A stretch of DNA of 64,000 bases from a plasmid: sequence record NZ_CP072388.1. The stretch is one strand, 5' to 3'. The notes beneath the pieces were generated by a model. That model had not been told where the DNA came from. It ran no database searches and saw only the letters and a program-made list of their open reading frames with translations. Shown in pieces: positions 1 through 9,004 of the stretch. A program made the translations under genes and the position numbers. The first letter of the stretch is position 1. Every line of letters starts with the position of its first letter.

Positions 1-8
1 GCAGTGAC

Positions 9-806
9 GTGCAGAAAGACAGTGTGCACATCTCCAACACAAGCGCTCTTCTGTCACAGGGGGGCGACGACCACGGCTGGATCCGAACCTGGCGGGCTGC
101 GGTCTCCACCTACGAGACGGTGCGTCTTCCCGGTAGGCACTGGTACACGGCACGGTTTCTTCTCCGTGCGATCGGAGAGGCTGCACACAAGACCGGCAGC
201 AGGTACGTCGGATTCGGCTGCAGATCGCTCGCTGAAGCCTGCGGAGCCGACTACACGACGGTGTCAGTCTTACTGCACGAACTCCAGCGTGCTGGCTGGA
301 TCGACCTGATCGAGTCCGCGCGCGGCGAGACAGCAGACCTGTACGAGCTCACCCTCCCCCACGATCTCCGCGGCCGGTCGGACGAACTGCGCTGGCAGCG
401 TGGCAAGGTGTACTCGCTTCGGCCGGCCTTCCGCGAGCTCGGCCACGTCAGTGCTTTCGTCTTCGAGGCCGTTGAGCAGGGCAGGGCCTCCTCCATCACG
501 GAACTTGTCGCCATCACCGGGATCTCGCGACGAGCTGTTCACACCAGCATTGACCTGCTCACCGCCTGGGACCTCGTCGAACGCACAGACGAGGGCCTGC
601 GAGCCTTCCCGGAGCGCCTCGGGCGTGTCGCCGAGCACCTCGGCGCCTTCGAGGCGATCTACGAGCAGATGCGCCGTCACCGCGCACAGCGGGCCACCTG
701 GCGGGCCTGGCTCGCGCGGTTCGAGGGCCACTGGGATGAGGGCGAGCACTGGGACGAACTCCACTCCCCCGCGGCCGAGACCCTCTTCGCGACGGAGGTG
801 GCCTGA
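9..806 (+). CDS. Putative plasmid replication initiator or winged-helix DNA-binding protein, possibly 5'-partial at the window edge
   Basis: 265-aa ORF with two winged-helix-like segments (LHELQRAGWIDL, ITELVAITGISRRAVHTSIDLL). It lies immediately upstream of the iteron-like repeats and parA. Assigned from position and composition only. Confidence 0.4.
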   Translation: MQKDSVHISNTSALLSQGGDDHGWIRTWRAAVSTYETVRLPGRHWYTARFLLRAIGEAAHKTGSRYVGFGCRSLAEACGADYTTVSVLLHELQRAGWIDLIESARGETADLYELTLPHDLRGRSDELRWQRGKVYSLRPAFRELGHVSAFVFEAVEQGRASSITELVAITGISRRAVHTSIDLLTAWDLVERTDEGLRAFPERLGRVAEHLGAFEAIYEQMRRHRAQRATWRAWLARFEGHWDEGEHWDELHSPAAETLFATEVA

Positions 807-960
807 GATGAGGGCCGAGGCCCCAGCGATCTTCATTCATGAACACAGACATGAACCACGTCATGAACCGTGTTCGCCAGTCATGACTTCATGCATTCAT
901 GCAAACATGCACAACCAGGCGTCCGCCGGACACCCTGGACGACTTGAGAGAGGTACGCGA
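806..960. repeat. Upstream array of CATGAA/TTCATG hexamers (iteron or centromere-like) between the rep-like ORF and parA
   Basis: At least 6 copies of (T)CATGAA/TTCATG in about 100 bp (ttcattcatgaacacagacatgaaccacgtcatgaacc...tcatgacttcatgcattcatgcaaacatgcac). The array is AT-rich relative to the flanking DNA. Confidence 0.6.
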
Positions 961-1736
961 TGACGACGACGACCGCGCTCGGAAACCAGAAGGGCGGTGT
1001 CGGGAAGACCACGGTGTCGCTGTGTCTGCTGAGCGAGCTCGCTCGTCTCGGCAGGTCATGTCTGCTGATCGACCTCGATCAGCAGATGTCTGCGTCCTCG
1101 ACCGTGGGCGCGGAGGGCGACATCACGATCGAGGACGTCCTGCGCGCGAAGGCTCCCGCGCACCTGTCCGATGCGATCGAGAAGTCGCAGTGGGAGGGGA
1201 TCGACGTCGTTCCGGGCTCCGACACCATCCAGACCCTTGAACGTGACCCCGACGTCATGGCCGCCTTCCGTCTCCAGAAGGTCCTTCGAGACAACGCCGA
1301 CCTGCTCTCCAAGTACGACGACATCATCATCGACCTGCCACCGGATCTGGGGACCTGTACGGTCTCCGGCCTCCTCGCGGCCGACCAGGTCGTCGCCGTG
1401 ACGATCCCGGAGCCGTGGAGTTCCGAAGGCCTCGACCGATTCCTCACTACGCTCGAGGGGATCCGCCAGGGGCCTCACCCCTCGTTGACCCTGTTCGGCG
1501 TCATCGTGAACATGGTCCGCCGCACCAACGAGCACCGGTACCGCATCGCCGAGTTGAACGACTCCGTGGGCGGGCTCGTCATGAACCCGGTGATCCCGCA
1601 GCGCGTCGCCGCGGCGGAGGTCGCAAGCGAGCAGCTGCCGCTGCACGAGCTGAAGAACGAGGGCGCAAAGGTCCTATCAGACCTGTTCGCTGAGCACGCC
1701 AGGGCGCTGGCCGAGGGCCGGAAGGGGAAGAACTGA
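960..1736 (+). CDS. parA: ParA-family partition ATPase (small type Ib, 258 aa)
   Basis: Deviant Walker A motif GNQKGGVGKTTVS near the N-terminus. The size and D-rich motifs are typical of small ParA/ParF proteins. It overlaps the downstream RHH gene by ATGA. Confidence 0.9.
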   Translation: MTTTTALGNQKGGVGKTTVSLCLLSELARLGRSCLLIDLDQQMSASSTVGAEGDITIEDVLRAKAPAHLSDAIEKSQWEGIDVVPGSDTIQTLERDPDVMAAFRLQKVLRDNADLLSKYDDIIIDLPPDLGTCTVSGLLAADQVVAVTIPEPWSSEGLDRFLTTLEGIRQGPHPSLTLFGVIVNMVRRTNEHRYRIAELNDSVGGLVMNPVIPQRVAAAEVASEQLPLHELKNEGAKVLSDLFAEHARALAEGRKGKN

Positions 1737-2347
1737 TGCCGAAGCCGCGAATGTCGAAGAGAACAGCTCTCGACGTCGTCCTCGGTCAGCCGGCGCCTGT
1801 CGCGGCGCCGGAGTCCGGAAACGGGACGAGCACAACCACCGCTGTGGTCGAGCCTGAGCAGAGGGACGAAGGGCCAACGTCTGACGAGGCCGAAGGAACC
1901 GAACCCGAGCCCGCGCCCACAGCGGATGGCGCCCCGTCGGCAGAGAGCACAACGCTCGTTACGCCGGATCAGGACGAGACGGCGGAAGTTGAGGACGGCC
2001 AGCGCGAGACCAGCGAGACGGACGAGGCAGGCGAACCCGCTGAGTCGGCCGAGCCTGAACCGCTGCCCACCCCGGAGCCGGGGCCACGCCAGGCGGCGTC
2101 GAAGGCTCGACCTCGCAGGCATGCTCCGGCTGCCCCCTCTCTCGAGGAGTCTGACCCCCGATTTCAGCCGGTGCTCGGACGCAACGATGATGCTGCGCTC
2201 GTGCCGTTCTCGACCCGCCTTACCCCAGATCTACGTCGCCGGCTCAAGCTCTACTCCGCGGTGTCGGGCGAGTCCACGACCAGCCTGACCAACCGCGCGC
2301 TCGACTACATGCTCGAGGTGGCCGAACGCAAGGTCGGCATGCGCTGA
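1736..2347 (+). CDS. ParG-like centromere-binding protein (acidic disordered N-terminus with C-terminal ribbon-helix-helix)
   Basis: Translationally coupled to parA. The C-terminus (RRRLKLYSAVSGESTTSLTNRALDYMLE) has an RHH-like pattern. There is no ParB N-terminal nuclease domain. Confidence 0.65.
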   Translation: MPKPRMSKRTALDVVLGQPAPVAAPESGNGTSTTTAVVEPEQRDEGPTSDEAEGTEPEPAPTADGAPSAESTTLVTPDQDETAEVEDGQRETSETDEAGEPAESAEPEPLPTPEPGPRQAASKARPRRHAPAAPSLEESDPRFQPVLGRNDDAALVPFSTRLTPDLRRRLKLYSAVSGESTTSLTNRALDYMLEVAERKVGMR

Positions 2348-2399
2348 GTCATCCCGTCCATGTCTGAGGGCCCTGCGTCGATCGCGCGGGGCCCTCAGC

Positions 2400-2830
2400 C
2401 TTTGCGCAGGCGTGTGTGAAGTCATGAATGCATGAAGTCATGAGTACCGCGGTCCCAGCCGCGCCCAGCACCGTTCATGAAAGCATGCATGAATGCATAA
2501 ACTCGCGAGCCCATCGTTGGGCCGGCGTACATCCACCACCCGGACAGTTCATGCATGCCTTCATGAAAGCAGGAACGAATGAATGCATGATCCCGTGACC
2601 ACTTTGCGTGCGTCGGTGAAAGTATGAAGTAGTTCACGCATTCATGTACCACTTCATGCATGACTGCATGTGTTGATGAAGCAAGTCATGAAGCCATTCA
2701 TGTTTACATGCATTCATGCATGACGTCATGAACGCATGAATGCATGAACGGTTCTCCTGCGAGCTGTTGGTTCGGGCGACCATGCATGAATGCATGAATG
2801 CATGCATGCGTTCATGCAGTTCACACTGCC
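2400..2830. repeat. Large AT-rich array of CATGAA/TTCATG/ATGCATGA motifs downstream of the par operon (second centromere or iteron/oriV candidate)
   Basis: More than 25 hexamer copies in both orientations, including tandem tgcatgaatgcatgaatgcatgcatg. No coding capacity. The motif is the same as in the 806-960 array. Confidence 0.65.
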
Positions 2831-2948
2831 TCGCCTGCCTTGTCCTCGTTGGCGCAGTCGCGGGACAACCGAGATTAGAAGCTCCACGTGAGTGGGGCAC
2901 AGCTCGTATGTGCGCACCTAGGCTGACATCGATAGAGCGGGAGGTGCG

Positions 2949-3479
2949 ATGGTCGAGCGTGGATCCTGCCGCACGTGCGGCGTGGAAACTGTCCGCCTGA
3001 GGTGCTTCGACGGCACTGTGCGGACATTCCACGCGCGAGAAGCCGCCAATCCCGATCTCGACGAGTCTCAGCGCTGGTACTACACGGCCACGCGCGGAGC
3101 GATCAGCGGCGCCGACGCGTCCTCGCCACCCAACAGGCCGTACCTAACCCTTCACCAGTGCCTGCGCACACGCGCCGGCTTCGGCGAGTCCACCAGAAAC
3201 GAGGCCGGCACGATCCGTGCCGCCGACGCAGTCGCGCTCCGTACGGATGTCCCCACGGTCAACGACTCGGCGCTGAGCCTCACCGGCTACCGCTGGACGT
3301 ACCGATGGCCGTCCCACTGGGCGCACATCATCGCAGGCCGAGCACCCCAGGCGCTGTGCGGCGCCACCGTCCTGGTGCCCGAGGAGATGAGCGAGAGGGA
3401 ACGCGCGCGGATCTCGACGATGCACGTGTGCCCACGGTGCGTGCAGACGAACGCCCGCCACGAACGAACACGTCGCTAG
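2949..3479 (+). CDS. Hypothetical Cys-containing protein (possible zinc ribbon: CRTC...CPRC)
   Basis: The ORF has a good RBS (GGAGGTG) before the ATG. Four Cys residues are arranged as CxxC...CxxC. Confidence 0.45.
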   Translation: MVERGSCRTCGVETVRLRCFDGTVRTFHAREAANPDLDESQRWYYTATRGAISGADASSPPNRPYLTLHQCLRTRAGFGESTRNEAGTIRAADAVALRTDVPTVNDSALSLTGYRWTYRWPSHWAHIIAGRAPQALCGATVLVPEEMSERERARISTMHVCPRCVQTNARHERTRR

Positions 3480-3540
3480 GGGAGCACGCGCATCGACGCC
3501 GTGTGCGAAGATCTACAACGAATGCAAAGACTGCAAAGGA

Positions 3541-4680
3541 GTGCGAACGGTGGCGCGTAACCCGTTCAAGCCCACAGCGGGCGCCACACCGCCCCTGCTC
3601 GTCGGGCGTGATGACGACCTCGAGGAGTTCGCTGAATCCCTGGACGACGGACCAGGCGCGCCCGGACGACTGACGATCTTCACCGGCGCCCGCGGCGTCG
3701 GCAAGACCGTGATGCTCACCGAGGTCGCCGACACCGCGCTCCAGCGAGCCTGGGTGACGATCGCCGAGACCGCCACGCCCGGCCTCATCGACCGCCTCTC
3801 GGCAGCCACCTCGATGCTCTCGCGCGAGCACGATCCGACCAGCCACCGCGGCCGCAGCATCACCGGTGTCACCCTGCCGGTCGTAGGTGGAGGCCTCACC
3901 TTCAGCCAGGCACCTGCCGTCGTCACGGCGTGGCGCGACGAGCTCGGGGGAGTGCTCGACGCACTCGAGAACCACGGCACCGGACTGCTCGTCACGATCG
4001 ACGAGGTCCACCACGTCGCACGCGAAGACCTTCGCGCACTCGCCGCAACGTTCCAGCACCTGGTACGCGAAGACCGCAACGTCGCCCTCGCCTTCGCCGG
4101 TCTCCCGTCGTCGGTCTCCGACCTGCTCAACGACGACGTCCTGACCTTCCTGCGCCGCGCCACACCCGTCCACCTGGAAGACGTCGCCCTCGACGACGTC
4201 AAGACCGCCCTGCGCACCACCATCACCGACAGCGGACGCACCATCACCGACACCGCCCTCGACGCCGCCGCACAAGCCACCGGCGGCTACCCCTTCATGA
4301 TCCAGCTCGTCGGCTACCACGTATGGCGCAAAGCCAGCAGCGACACCATCGACGAAGCCGCCGTCGCACTCGGCATCCCAGCCGCCCGCAAGCGACTCGG
4401 CTCCACCGTCCACGCCACGGCCCTCGCCGACCTGTCCGACGTCGACCGCACCTATCTGCTCGCCATGGCACAAGACGACGGCCCCTCCCGCACCGGAGTC
4501 ATCGCGAAGCGACTACGCGTCAGCGACTCCTACGCCCAGGTCTACCGCGGCAGACTCCTCGACGCCGGCATGATCGAGACAACCAGACGCGGCTACGTCG
4601 ACTTCGCCATCCCCTACCTGCGCGAATACCTCCGCGAGCACGCCGCCCAGTACGAGATGGCAAACCGCCCCGAGAACTGA
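3541..4680 (+). CDS. AAA-family ATP-binding protein with C-terminal HTH-like region
   Basis: Walker A motif GARGVGKT, Walker B-like LLVTIDEVHH, and a C-terminal helix-rich region. An alternative GTG start at 3550 has an AAAGGAG RBS. Confidence 0.65.
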   Translation: MRTVARNPFKPTAGATPPLLVGRDDDLEEFAESLDDGPGAPGRLTIFTGARGVGKTVMLTEVADTALQRAWVTIAETATPGLIDRLSAATSMLSREHDPTSHRGRSITGVTLPVVGGGLTFSQAPAVVTAWRDELGGVLDALENHGTGLLVTIDEVHHVAREDLRALAATFQHLVREDRNVALAFAGLPSSVSDLLNDDVLTFLRRATPVHLEDVALDDVKTALRTTITDSGRTITDTALDAAAQATGGYPFMIQLVGYHVWRKASSDTIDEAAVALGIPAARKRLGSTVHATALADLSDVDRTYLLAMAQDDGPSRTGVIAKRLRVSDSYAQVYRGRLLDAGMIETTRRGYVDFAIPYLREYLREHAAQYEMANRPEN

Positions 4681-4748
4681 CCTGTACCCCGCCAGCGCGC
4701 CCTGTCGCCGCGCAGCGCGCGCTGCGGGCCACCACCCAAGGAGCAGAC

Positions 4749-4910
4749 ATGACCCTCGACGTCAACTACCCGCCTACTCACCACCCAGCCGTAGCCGTCC
4801 CTGAGCGCCAAGACGTCGAGCAGTCCCTGCTCGCCCACCTCCCTCAGCCCACAACGCCAGCCATCGGAGACCTGACCTGGCCAGGCCTCGAGGCACCCGA
4901 GAGCCTCTAG
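4749..4910 (+). CDS. Small hypothetical protein (53 aa)
   Basis: A strong RBS (AAGGAG) lies 5 nt before the ATG. There is no similarity-based call. Confidence 0.35.
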   Translation: MTLDVNYPPTHHPAVAVPERQDVEQSLLAHLPQPTTPAIGDLTWPGLEAPESL

Positions 4911-5079
4911 CCGAACGACTGATCGACGCCCTCGCGCTCACCCGAGCACGAGGGCATCGTCGTTCCCGGACGCGGCCGATGGCCGAATGGGGGAGCGCTG
5001 AGGTGAGGTAGTGCCCGTCTTCGACCTCGGCTGGGCGCACGGAGATCGAAAGCGTCCTAGCTCGCAAGGAAGCGCACGG

Positions 5080-5322
5080 TTACCCGCGGTGCTTCTCAAC
5101 GTTGCGATACAGGTCGAGCAGTTCCTGCACGTCGCGTTCCTCCGCGCGCCGACGAACGTCCGGACCAGACACCCGGAACGCACACCAAGCGATCACGGCG
5201 ACGTAGACGAACAAGCCCGCCACGAGCACGAGCCACTCACCGCTGTCACCGACGACCTCGTCCATGCGCTCGACCGTACCGCCCCCCTCACCCAGCTCAC
5301 CGACGACCCAGGGAAGAGACAA
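5080..5322 (-). CDS. Small membrane protein (80 aa, one TM helix)
   Basis: Hydrophobic stretch LVLVAGLFVYVAVIAWCAF. Low complexity otherwise. Confidence 0.3.
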   Translation of the reverse strand: MSLPWVVGELGEGGGTVERMDEVVGDSGEWLVLVAGLFVYVAVIAWCAFRVSGPDVRRRAEERDVQELLDLYRNVEKHRG

Positions 5323-5341
5323 GTCGGCGGCCGAGACTCGT

Positions 5342-5692
5342 GGTGGAGCTCGGCAGGGTGCGTGGTGCGCCGGCCGGTGGCCGGCCCGATCTGTGGCCGC
5401 TGCGCGGCCCGGTGCTTTCCCGCGCTGCGCGCGGGGAAGTCGTCCCCTCCTGGCTCTCCATCATCGCCCGCGCGACCCTGCGCGCAACCCGCTCGACTAC
5501 GTCGCCGGCCCGTCGCCGAAACTCGTCGCCCGGCGCTCCTTCGTCGCTTCATCCGGGCGACGAGCCCCGTCGTCGGACCGTACCGCGGGTTGCACTCCGG
5601 GCCGCTTATGCGGGCGTTGATTACGGAGCCAGGAGGGGGCGAAAAACGGTCGGGACCACCCGCCACCCGCCACCTGGCAGGAAGGAGCCCCC
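5342..5692 (+). promoter_or_regulatory. Copy A of a roughly 330-bp palindromic leader element upstream of the DUF4192 gene
   Basis: Shares long blocks with 6957-7308, 11040-11351 and (diverged) 16940-17267: tggccgctgcgcggcc, cccgcgctgcgcgcgggg, gtcgtcccctcctggctctccatcatcg, gcgcgaccctgcgcgcaacc, tgattacggagccaggagggggcgaaaaacggtcgggaccacc. It ends with ggaagg followed by the start codon. Confidence 0.7.
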
Positions 5693-6727
5693 GTGGCTCA
5701 CCAGCCCGCACTCCGCGCCCGCACCGTCGCCGACGTGCTCGCCTACATCCCCGCGTGCATCGGGTACACCCCGACCGAGAGCATGGTCGTCGTCGCCCGC
5801 CGGTCGAGCACCGGCACCGTCGGCCTGGTCGCTCGCGCGGACCTGTCCGACGTCACGCCCGAGACGGCCGACATGCTCGCCGTGCACGTCGCCAACGACC
5901 GCGCCGCGTCCGCGATCATCGCCCTGTACACCGAGGACCGCGAGCAGGCCGACCGCACCCTCGCGGGCATGACCGAGGCCCTGCACGGCCAGGCCGTCGA
6001 CGTGTACGACGCCGTGCAGGTCAGCGCCGACGGGTACGTCGACCTCCACGCGCCGCACCCGGTCGTGCGCCCGCTGTCGGACGTGACCTCGAGCGTGCTC
6101 GCCGCCGAACTGGTCGCCTCCGGCGTCGCCCCGGCGCGTGACCGCGCCGGGCTGCTGCCCGGCGCGGCCGACGAGGCCGCCCAGGACCTCGCCCGCAGTG
6201 CGGCCGCCAAGCACGCCGCCAAGACGCGCGACGAGCAGACCACCCACGCGCTCGCCACGTGGCGACTCGCGCTCAGCGGCCTGGTCGACGGCCCCGCGAT
6301 CTACGGCGAACTCGCGCAGATGCTCACGCACATCAAGGTCCGTGACGCCGCCCTGCTGACCGCCGTCCCCGACGTCGACCCGGACACCGTGACCCAGGTT
6401 GTCACCGGGCAGAACCCGGACGACGACGCCGTGGGCCGCGCGATCGCCGCGATGGTGGACCCGAAGGTCGGCGTCCAGCCCGGTGAGGCCGCCGACGCCG
6501 CGCGCGATCTGCTCGCGCAGATCATCGCGCACGTGCCCACCAGCGCCGCCGCGTGGACGCTGTGGGGCTTCCTCACGTGGTGGACCGGGCAGAACGGCAT
6601 CGCGGGCGACGCCATCGACCGCGCGCTCAGCGTCGACGACGGCTATCGCCTGGCCCTGATGCTGCGGGCCGTGCTTCGGGCGGGCCTGCCGCCCGCATGG
6701 GTCGTGCGCGAGCGCGACGCGCAGTGA
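5693..6727 (+). CDS. DUF4192-family protein
   Basis: The N-terminus (LRARTVADVLAYIPACIGYTPTESMVVVA) matches the DUF4192 signature common on actinobacterial plasmids and conjugative elements. GTG start with a GGAAGGAG RBS. Confidence 0.7.
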   Translation: MAHQPALRARTVADVLAYIPACIGYTPTESMVVVARRSSTGTVGLVARADLSDVTPETADMLAVHVANDRAASAIIALYTEDREQADRTLAGMTEALHGQAVDVYDAVQVSADGYVDLHAPHPVVRPLSDVTSSVLAAELVASGVAPARDRAGLLPGAADEAAQDLARSAAAKHAAKTRDEQTTHALATWRLALSGLVDGPAIYGELAQMLTHIKVRDAALLTAVPDVDPDTVTQVVTGQNPDDDAVGRAIAAMVDPKVGVQPGEAADAARDLLAQIIAHVPTSAAAWTLWGFLTWWTGQNGIAGDAIDRALSVDDGYRLALMLRAVLRAGLPPAWVVRERDAQ

Positions 6728-6860
6728 CACCCGGCGCGCGGCCCGTGGGACAGCCCCGCGGGCCGCGCGCCCTCCGCGCGGGGTGCTGCCCGTACCGGCC
6801 CATCGAGGGCCGGCACGAGCACCGGGGAGCTGCCGCCCCCCGGACCCCCGCCTCATCCCG
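6728..6860 (+). terminator. Conserved roughly 110-bp 3' element with GC hairpins (copy 1)
   Basis: The hairpins ggcccgtgggacagccccgcgggcc and ccggcccatcgagggccgg are near-identical to 8715-8835. Confidence 0.5.
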
Positions 6861-6956
6861 ACGCGCGTCCCAGCAGACCGCACCGAACCAGCCACCAGCG
6901 CCAGGCCGGGGAGCGGCCCGTGGCCGATGGGGGAGTGCCGGTAGCGGGTGCGCCTG

Positions 6957-7307
6957 GTGGAGCTCGGCCAGGTGCGTGGTGCGCCGGCCGGTGGCCGCCC
7001 CGATTCGGTGGCCGCTGCGCGGCCTGGTGTTCTCCCGCGCTGCGCGCGGGGGAGTCGTCCCCTCCTGGCTCTCCATCATCGACCGCGCGACCCTGCGCGC
7101 AACCGACCTCGCTGCGCGTCCCGGCCCGGCGAAACTCGGCGGCCTGCGGTCGCTGCGCTCCCTGAGCTCGGCCGGCGAGCCCCGCCGTTCCGGGACCGGT
7201 CGGTTGCGCTCTGGGCCGCTTGTGCGGTCGGTGATTACGGAGCCAGGAGGGGGCGAAAAAACGGTCGGGACCACCGGCCACCCACCTGCTGGCGGGAAGG
7301 GGCACCC
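6957..7307 (+). promoter_or_regulatory. Copy B of the roughly 330-bp palindromic leader element upstream of the parB-like gene
   Basis: Near-identical to copy C and about 85% identical to copy A. Ends ...accaccggccacccacctgctggcgggaaggggcaccc followed by ATG. Confidence 0.7.
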
Positions 7308-8714
7308 ATGACCACCGACACCACGGCCACTCAGGCCGAGACGACCACCACCGCCGACGGCGCGGAGTTCGCCCACGTCGACCCGCGCACCCTGGTTGTC
7401 GGCGTGAACGTGCGCGCCGACGCCGACCTCACGCCCGCGTTCGTCGGCTCGATCAAGCAGCACGGAGTCCTGCAGCCCGTGCGCGTGCGCCGCGACGACG
7501 ACGGCACGCTCGTCGTCCTGCACGGCCAGCGCCGCACCCTGGGCGCGATCGAGGCGGGCCAGGCGACGATCCCCGCGTACATCGTGACCAGCAGCGGCGA
7601 GGGCGCGCAGCGCATCGTGGAGCAGTTGGCCGAGAACGACCATCGCGAGGACATGCGCGACAGCCACCGCACCGCCGCCTACCGTCAGCTCTCGCTCGAG
7701 TTTGGGCTGAGCGCGGCGCAGATCGCCAAGCGCACCGGCACGAAGAAGGCCGTCGTCCAGGCCACGCTCACCGTGGCCGAGTCCCAGGTCGCCGCCGCCG
7801 TGCAGGCCAAGTACGACCTGCCGCTGGATGTGGCCGCCGCCCTGGCGGAGTTCGACGACGACACTGAGACCGTCAAGAACCTGACCGCCGTCGCGGTCAA
7901 GGAGCCTGGCCGCTTCGCCCACGAGGCTCAGCGCGCGCGTGACGAGCGCCAGCGCGCCGCCGAGGTCGCCGCCGCCCGCGAGACCCTGACCGCACAGAAC
8001 GTGACCGAGGTCGAGCGCCCCGACTACAACGACGCCAAGGTCCAGCACCTGGCTCGACTCAAGCCCACCAACGACGACCCGAACGGCACCGACCTGACCC
8101 CCGAGGCGCACGCCGAGTGCCCCGGTCACGCGGCGTACATCGCCGCGCAGTGGAACCGCGTCGAGATCGTCTACGTCTGCACGAACTGGCGCACCCACGG
8201 CCACGCCGACCGCTACGGCACCACCAGCACCCAGCGCACCGGACCGATGAGCGAGGCCGAGAAGGCCGAGCGCAAGCAGGTCATCGAGAACAACAAGGCG
8301 TGGAAGTCCGCCGAGACCGTGCGCCGGACCTGGCTCGCGGAGTTCGCCCAGCGCAAGACCGCCCCCAAGGGCGCCGCCGAGTACATCGCCCACGCGATCG
8401 CCACCGAAACCCACACCCTGCGACGCGCAGGAGAGCGCGGACACACACTGGCCAGCGAATGGCTCGGCATCAAGACCGAGACCAGCCCGTACCCGACCGG
8501 ACGCGGCCTGGCCGACCTCATCGCCAAGGCCACCCCCAGCCGCGCCCAGCACATCGCGCTCGTCCTCGCCCTCGCCGCACGCGAGGCCGAGACCGGCGTG
8601 CAGACCTGGCGCCGCGAAGGCGCCGAACAGACCTACCTCAGCGCACTCGAAACCTGGGGCTACACCCTCAGCGACGTCGAGCAGATCGCCCGAGGCCAGG
8701 CGCCCACCGAGTAG
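7308..8714 (+). CDS. ParB/Sulfiredoxin-like nuclease-domain protein (469 aa)
   Basis: The N-terminal block (GVLQPVRVRRDDDGTLVVLHGQRRTLGAIEAG) resembles the ParB N-terminal domain with its GxRR motif. The long C-terminal region is unique. Confidence 0.75.
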   Translation: MTTDTTATQAETTTTADGAEFAHVDPRTLVVGVNVRADADLTPAFVGSIKQHGVLQPVRVRRDDDGTLVVLHGQRRTLGAIEAGQATIPAYIVTSSGEGAQRIVEQLAENDHREDMRDSHRTAAYRQLSLEFGLSAAQIAKRTGTKKAVVQATLTVAESQVAAAVQAKYDLPLDVAAALAEFDDDTETVKNLTAVAVKEPGRFAHEAQRARDERQRAAEVAAARETLTAQNVTEVERPDYNDAKVQHLARLKPTNDDPNGTDLTPEAHAECPGHAAYIAAQWNRVEIVYVCTNWRTHGHADRYGTTSTQRTGPMSEAEKAERKQVIENNKAWKSAETVRRTWLAEFAQRKTAPKGAAEYIAHAIATETHTLRRAGERGHTLASEWLGIKTETSPYPTGRGLADLIAKATPSRAQHIALVLALAAREAETGVQTWRREGAEQTYLSALETWGYTLSDVEQIARGQAPTE

Positions 8715-8835
8715 CACCCAGCGCGGTCCGTGGGACAGACCCGCGGGCCGCGCACCCGGGTGCGCGCGCTGCCTGCGCCGGCCCATCGAGGGCCGGCGCA
8801 GACACCGGGGAGCTGCCGCCCCCCGAACCCCCGCC
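8715..8835 (+). terminator. Conserved roughly 110-bp 3' element with GC hairpins (copy 2)
   Basis: ggtccgtgggacagacccgcgggccgcgc...ccggcccatcgagggccggcgcagacaccggggagctgccgccccccgaacccccgcctc matches 6728-6860. Confidence 0.5.
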
Positions 8836-9004
8836 TCGGCATGAGTACCGGATCAGAAGAACGCCACCGTGGCCGACGGTCGAGATTTCAACGAGGAACT
8901 TCCGAGCCTACGTGCGGCTGCCGTGATGACCAGGTGCGATTGGCCTCGAGGTGGCCGGATTCCGCGCTTTCATCGTCTGGGTCGGTTGCATAGAACCCGA
9001 ACGC

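Noticed and set aside
1736-2347. Calling the gene after parA a classical ParB
   Set aside because: It has no ParB N-terminal or HTH domain. The acidic disordered N-terminus with a C-terminal RHH fits ParG-type centromere-binding proteins of type-Ib systems instead.
2400-2830. Possible CRISPR array because of dense short repeats
   Set aside because: The repeats are 6-8 bp, irregularly spaced and in both orientations. There are no unique spacers and no cas genes. The pattern fits iterons or a centromere, not CRISPR.
5011-6141. 376-aa plus-strand ORF spanning the repeat and the DUF4192 gene in another frame
   Set aside because: Extreme Arg/Pro/Gly bias. It overlaps the motif-supported DUF4192 frame, so it is a high-GC artefact.
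5264-7311. ORFs lying inside the 330-bp repeat elements (5264..5620, 5340..5972, 6553..7311, 6920..7165, 10837..11211, 11030..11383, 11055..11741 N-terminal part)
   Set aside because: They are duplicated with the repeat. They have biased nonsense composition and no RBS. The repeat is better explained as a non-coding structured element, and the real CDS starts right at its 3' end.
6627-8786. 719-aa minus-strand ORF antisense to the ParB-like gene. Similar long ORFs include 3328..4473(-), 17622..18971(-), 20271..21818(-), 27888..30236(-), 34843..37215(+) and 34962..37250(+).
   Set aside because: Their composition is Arg/Gly/Pro/Ala-dominated nonsense typical of wrong-frame or antisense translation in 70% GC DNA. 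Each overlaps a well-supported gene with recognisable motifs on the other strand or frame.
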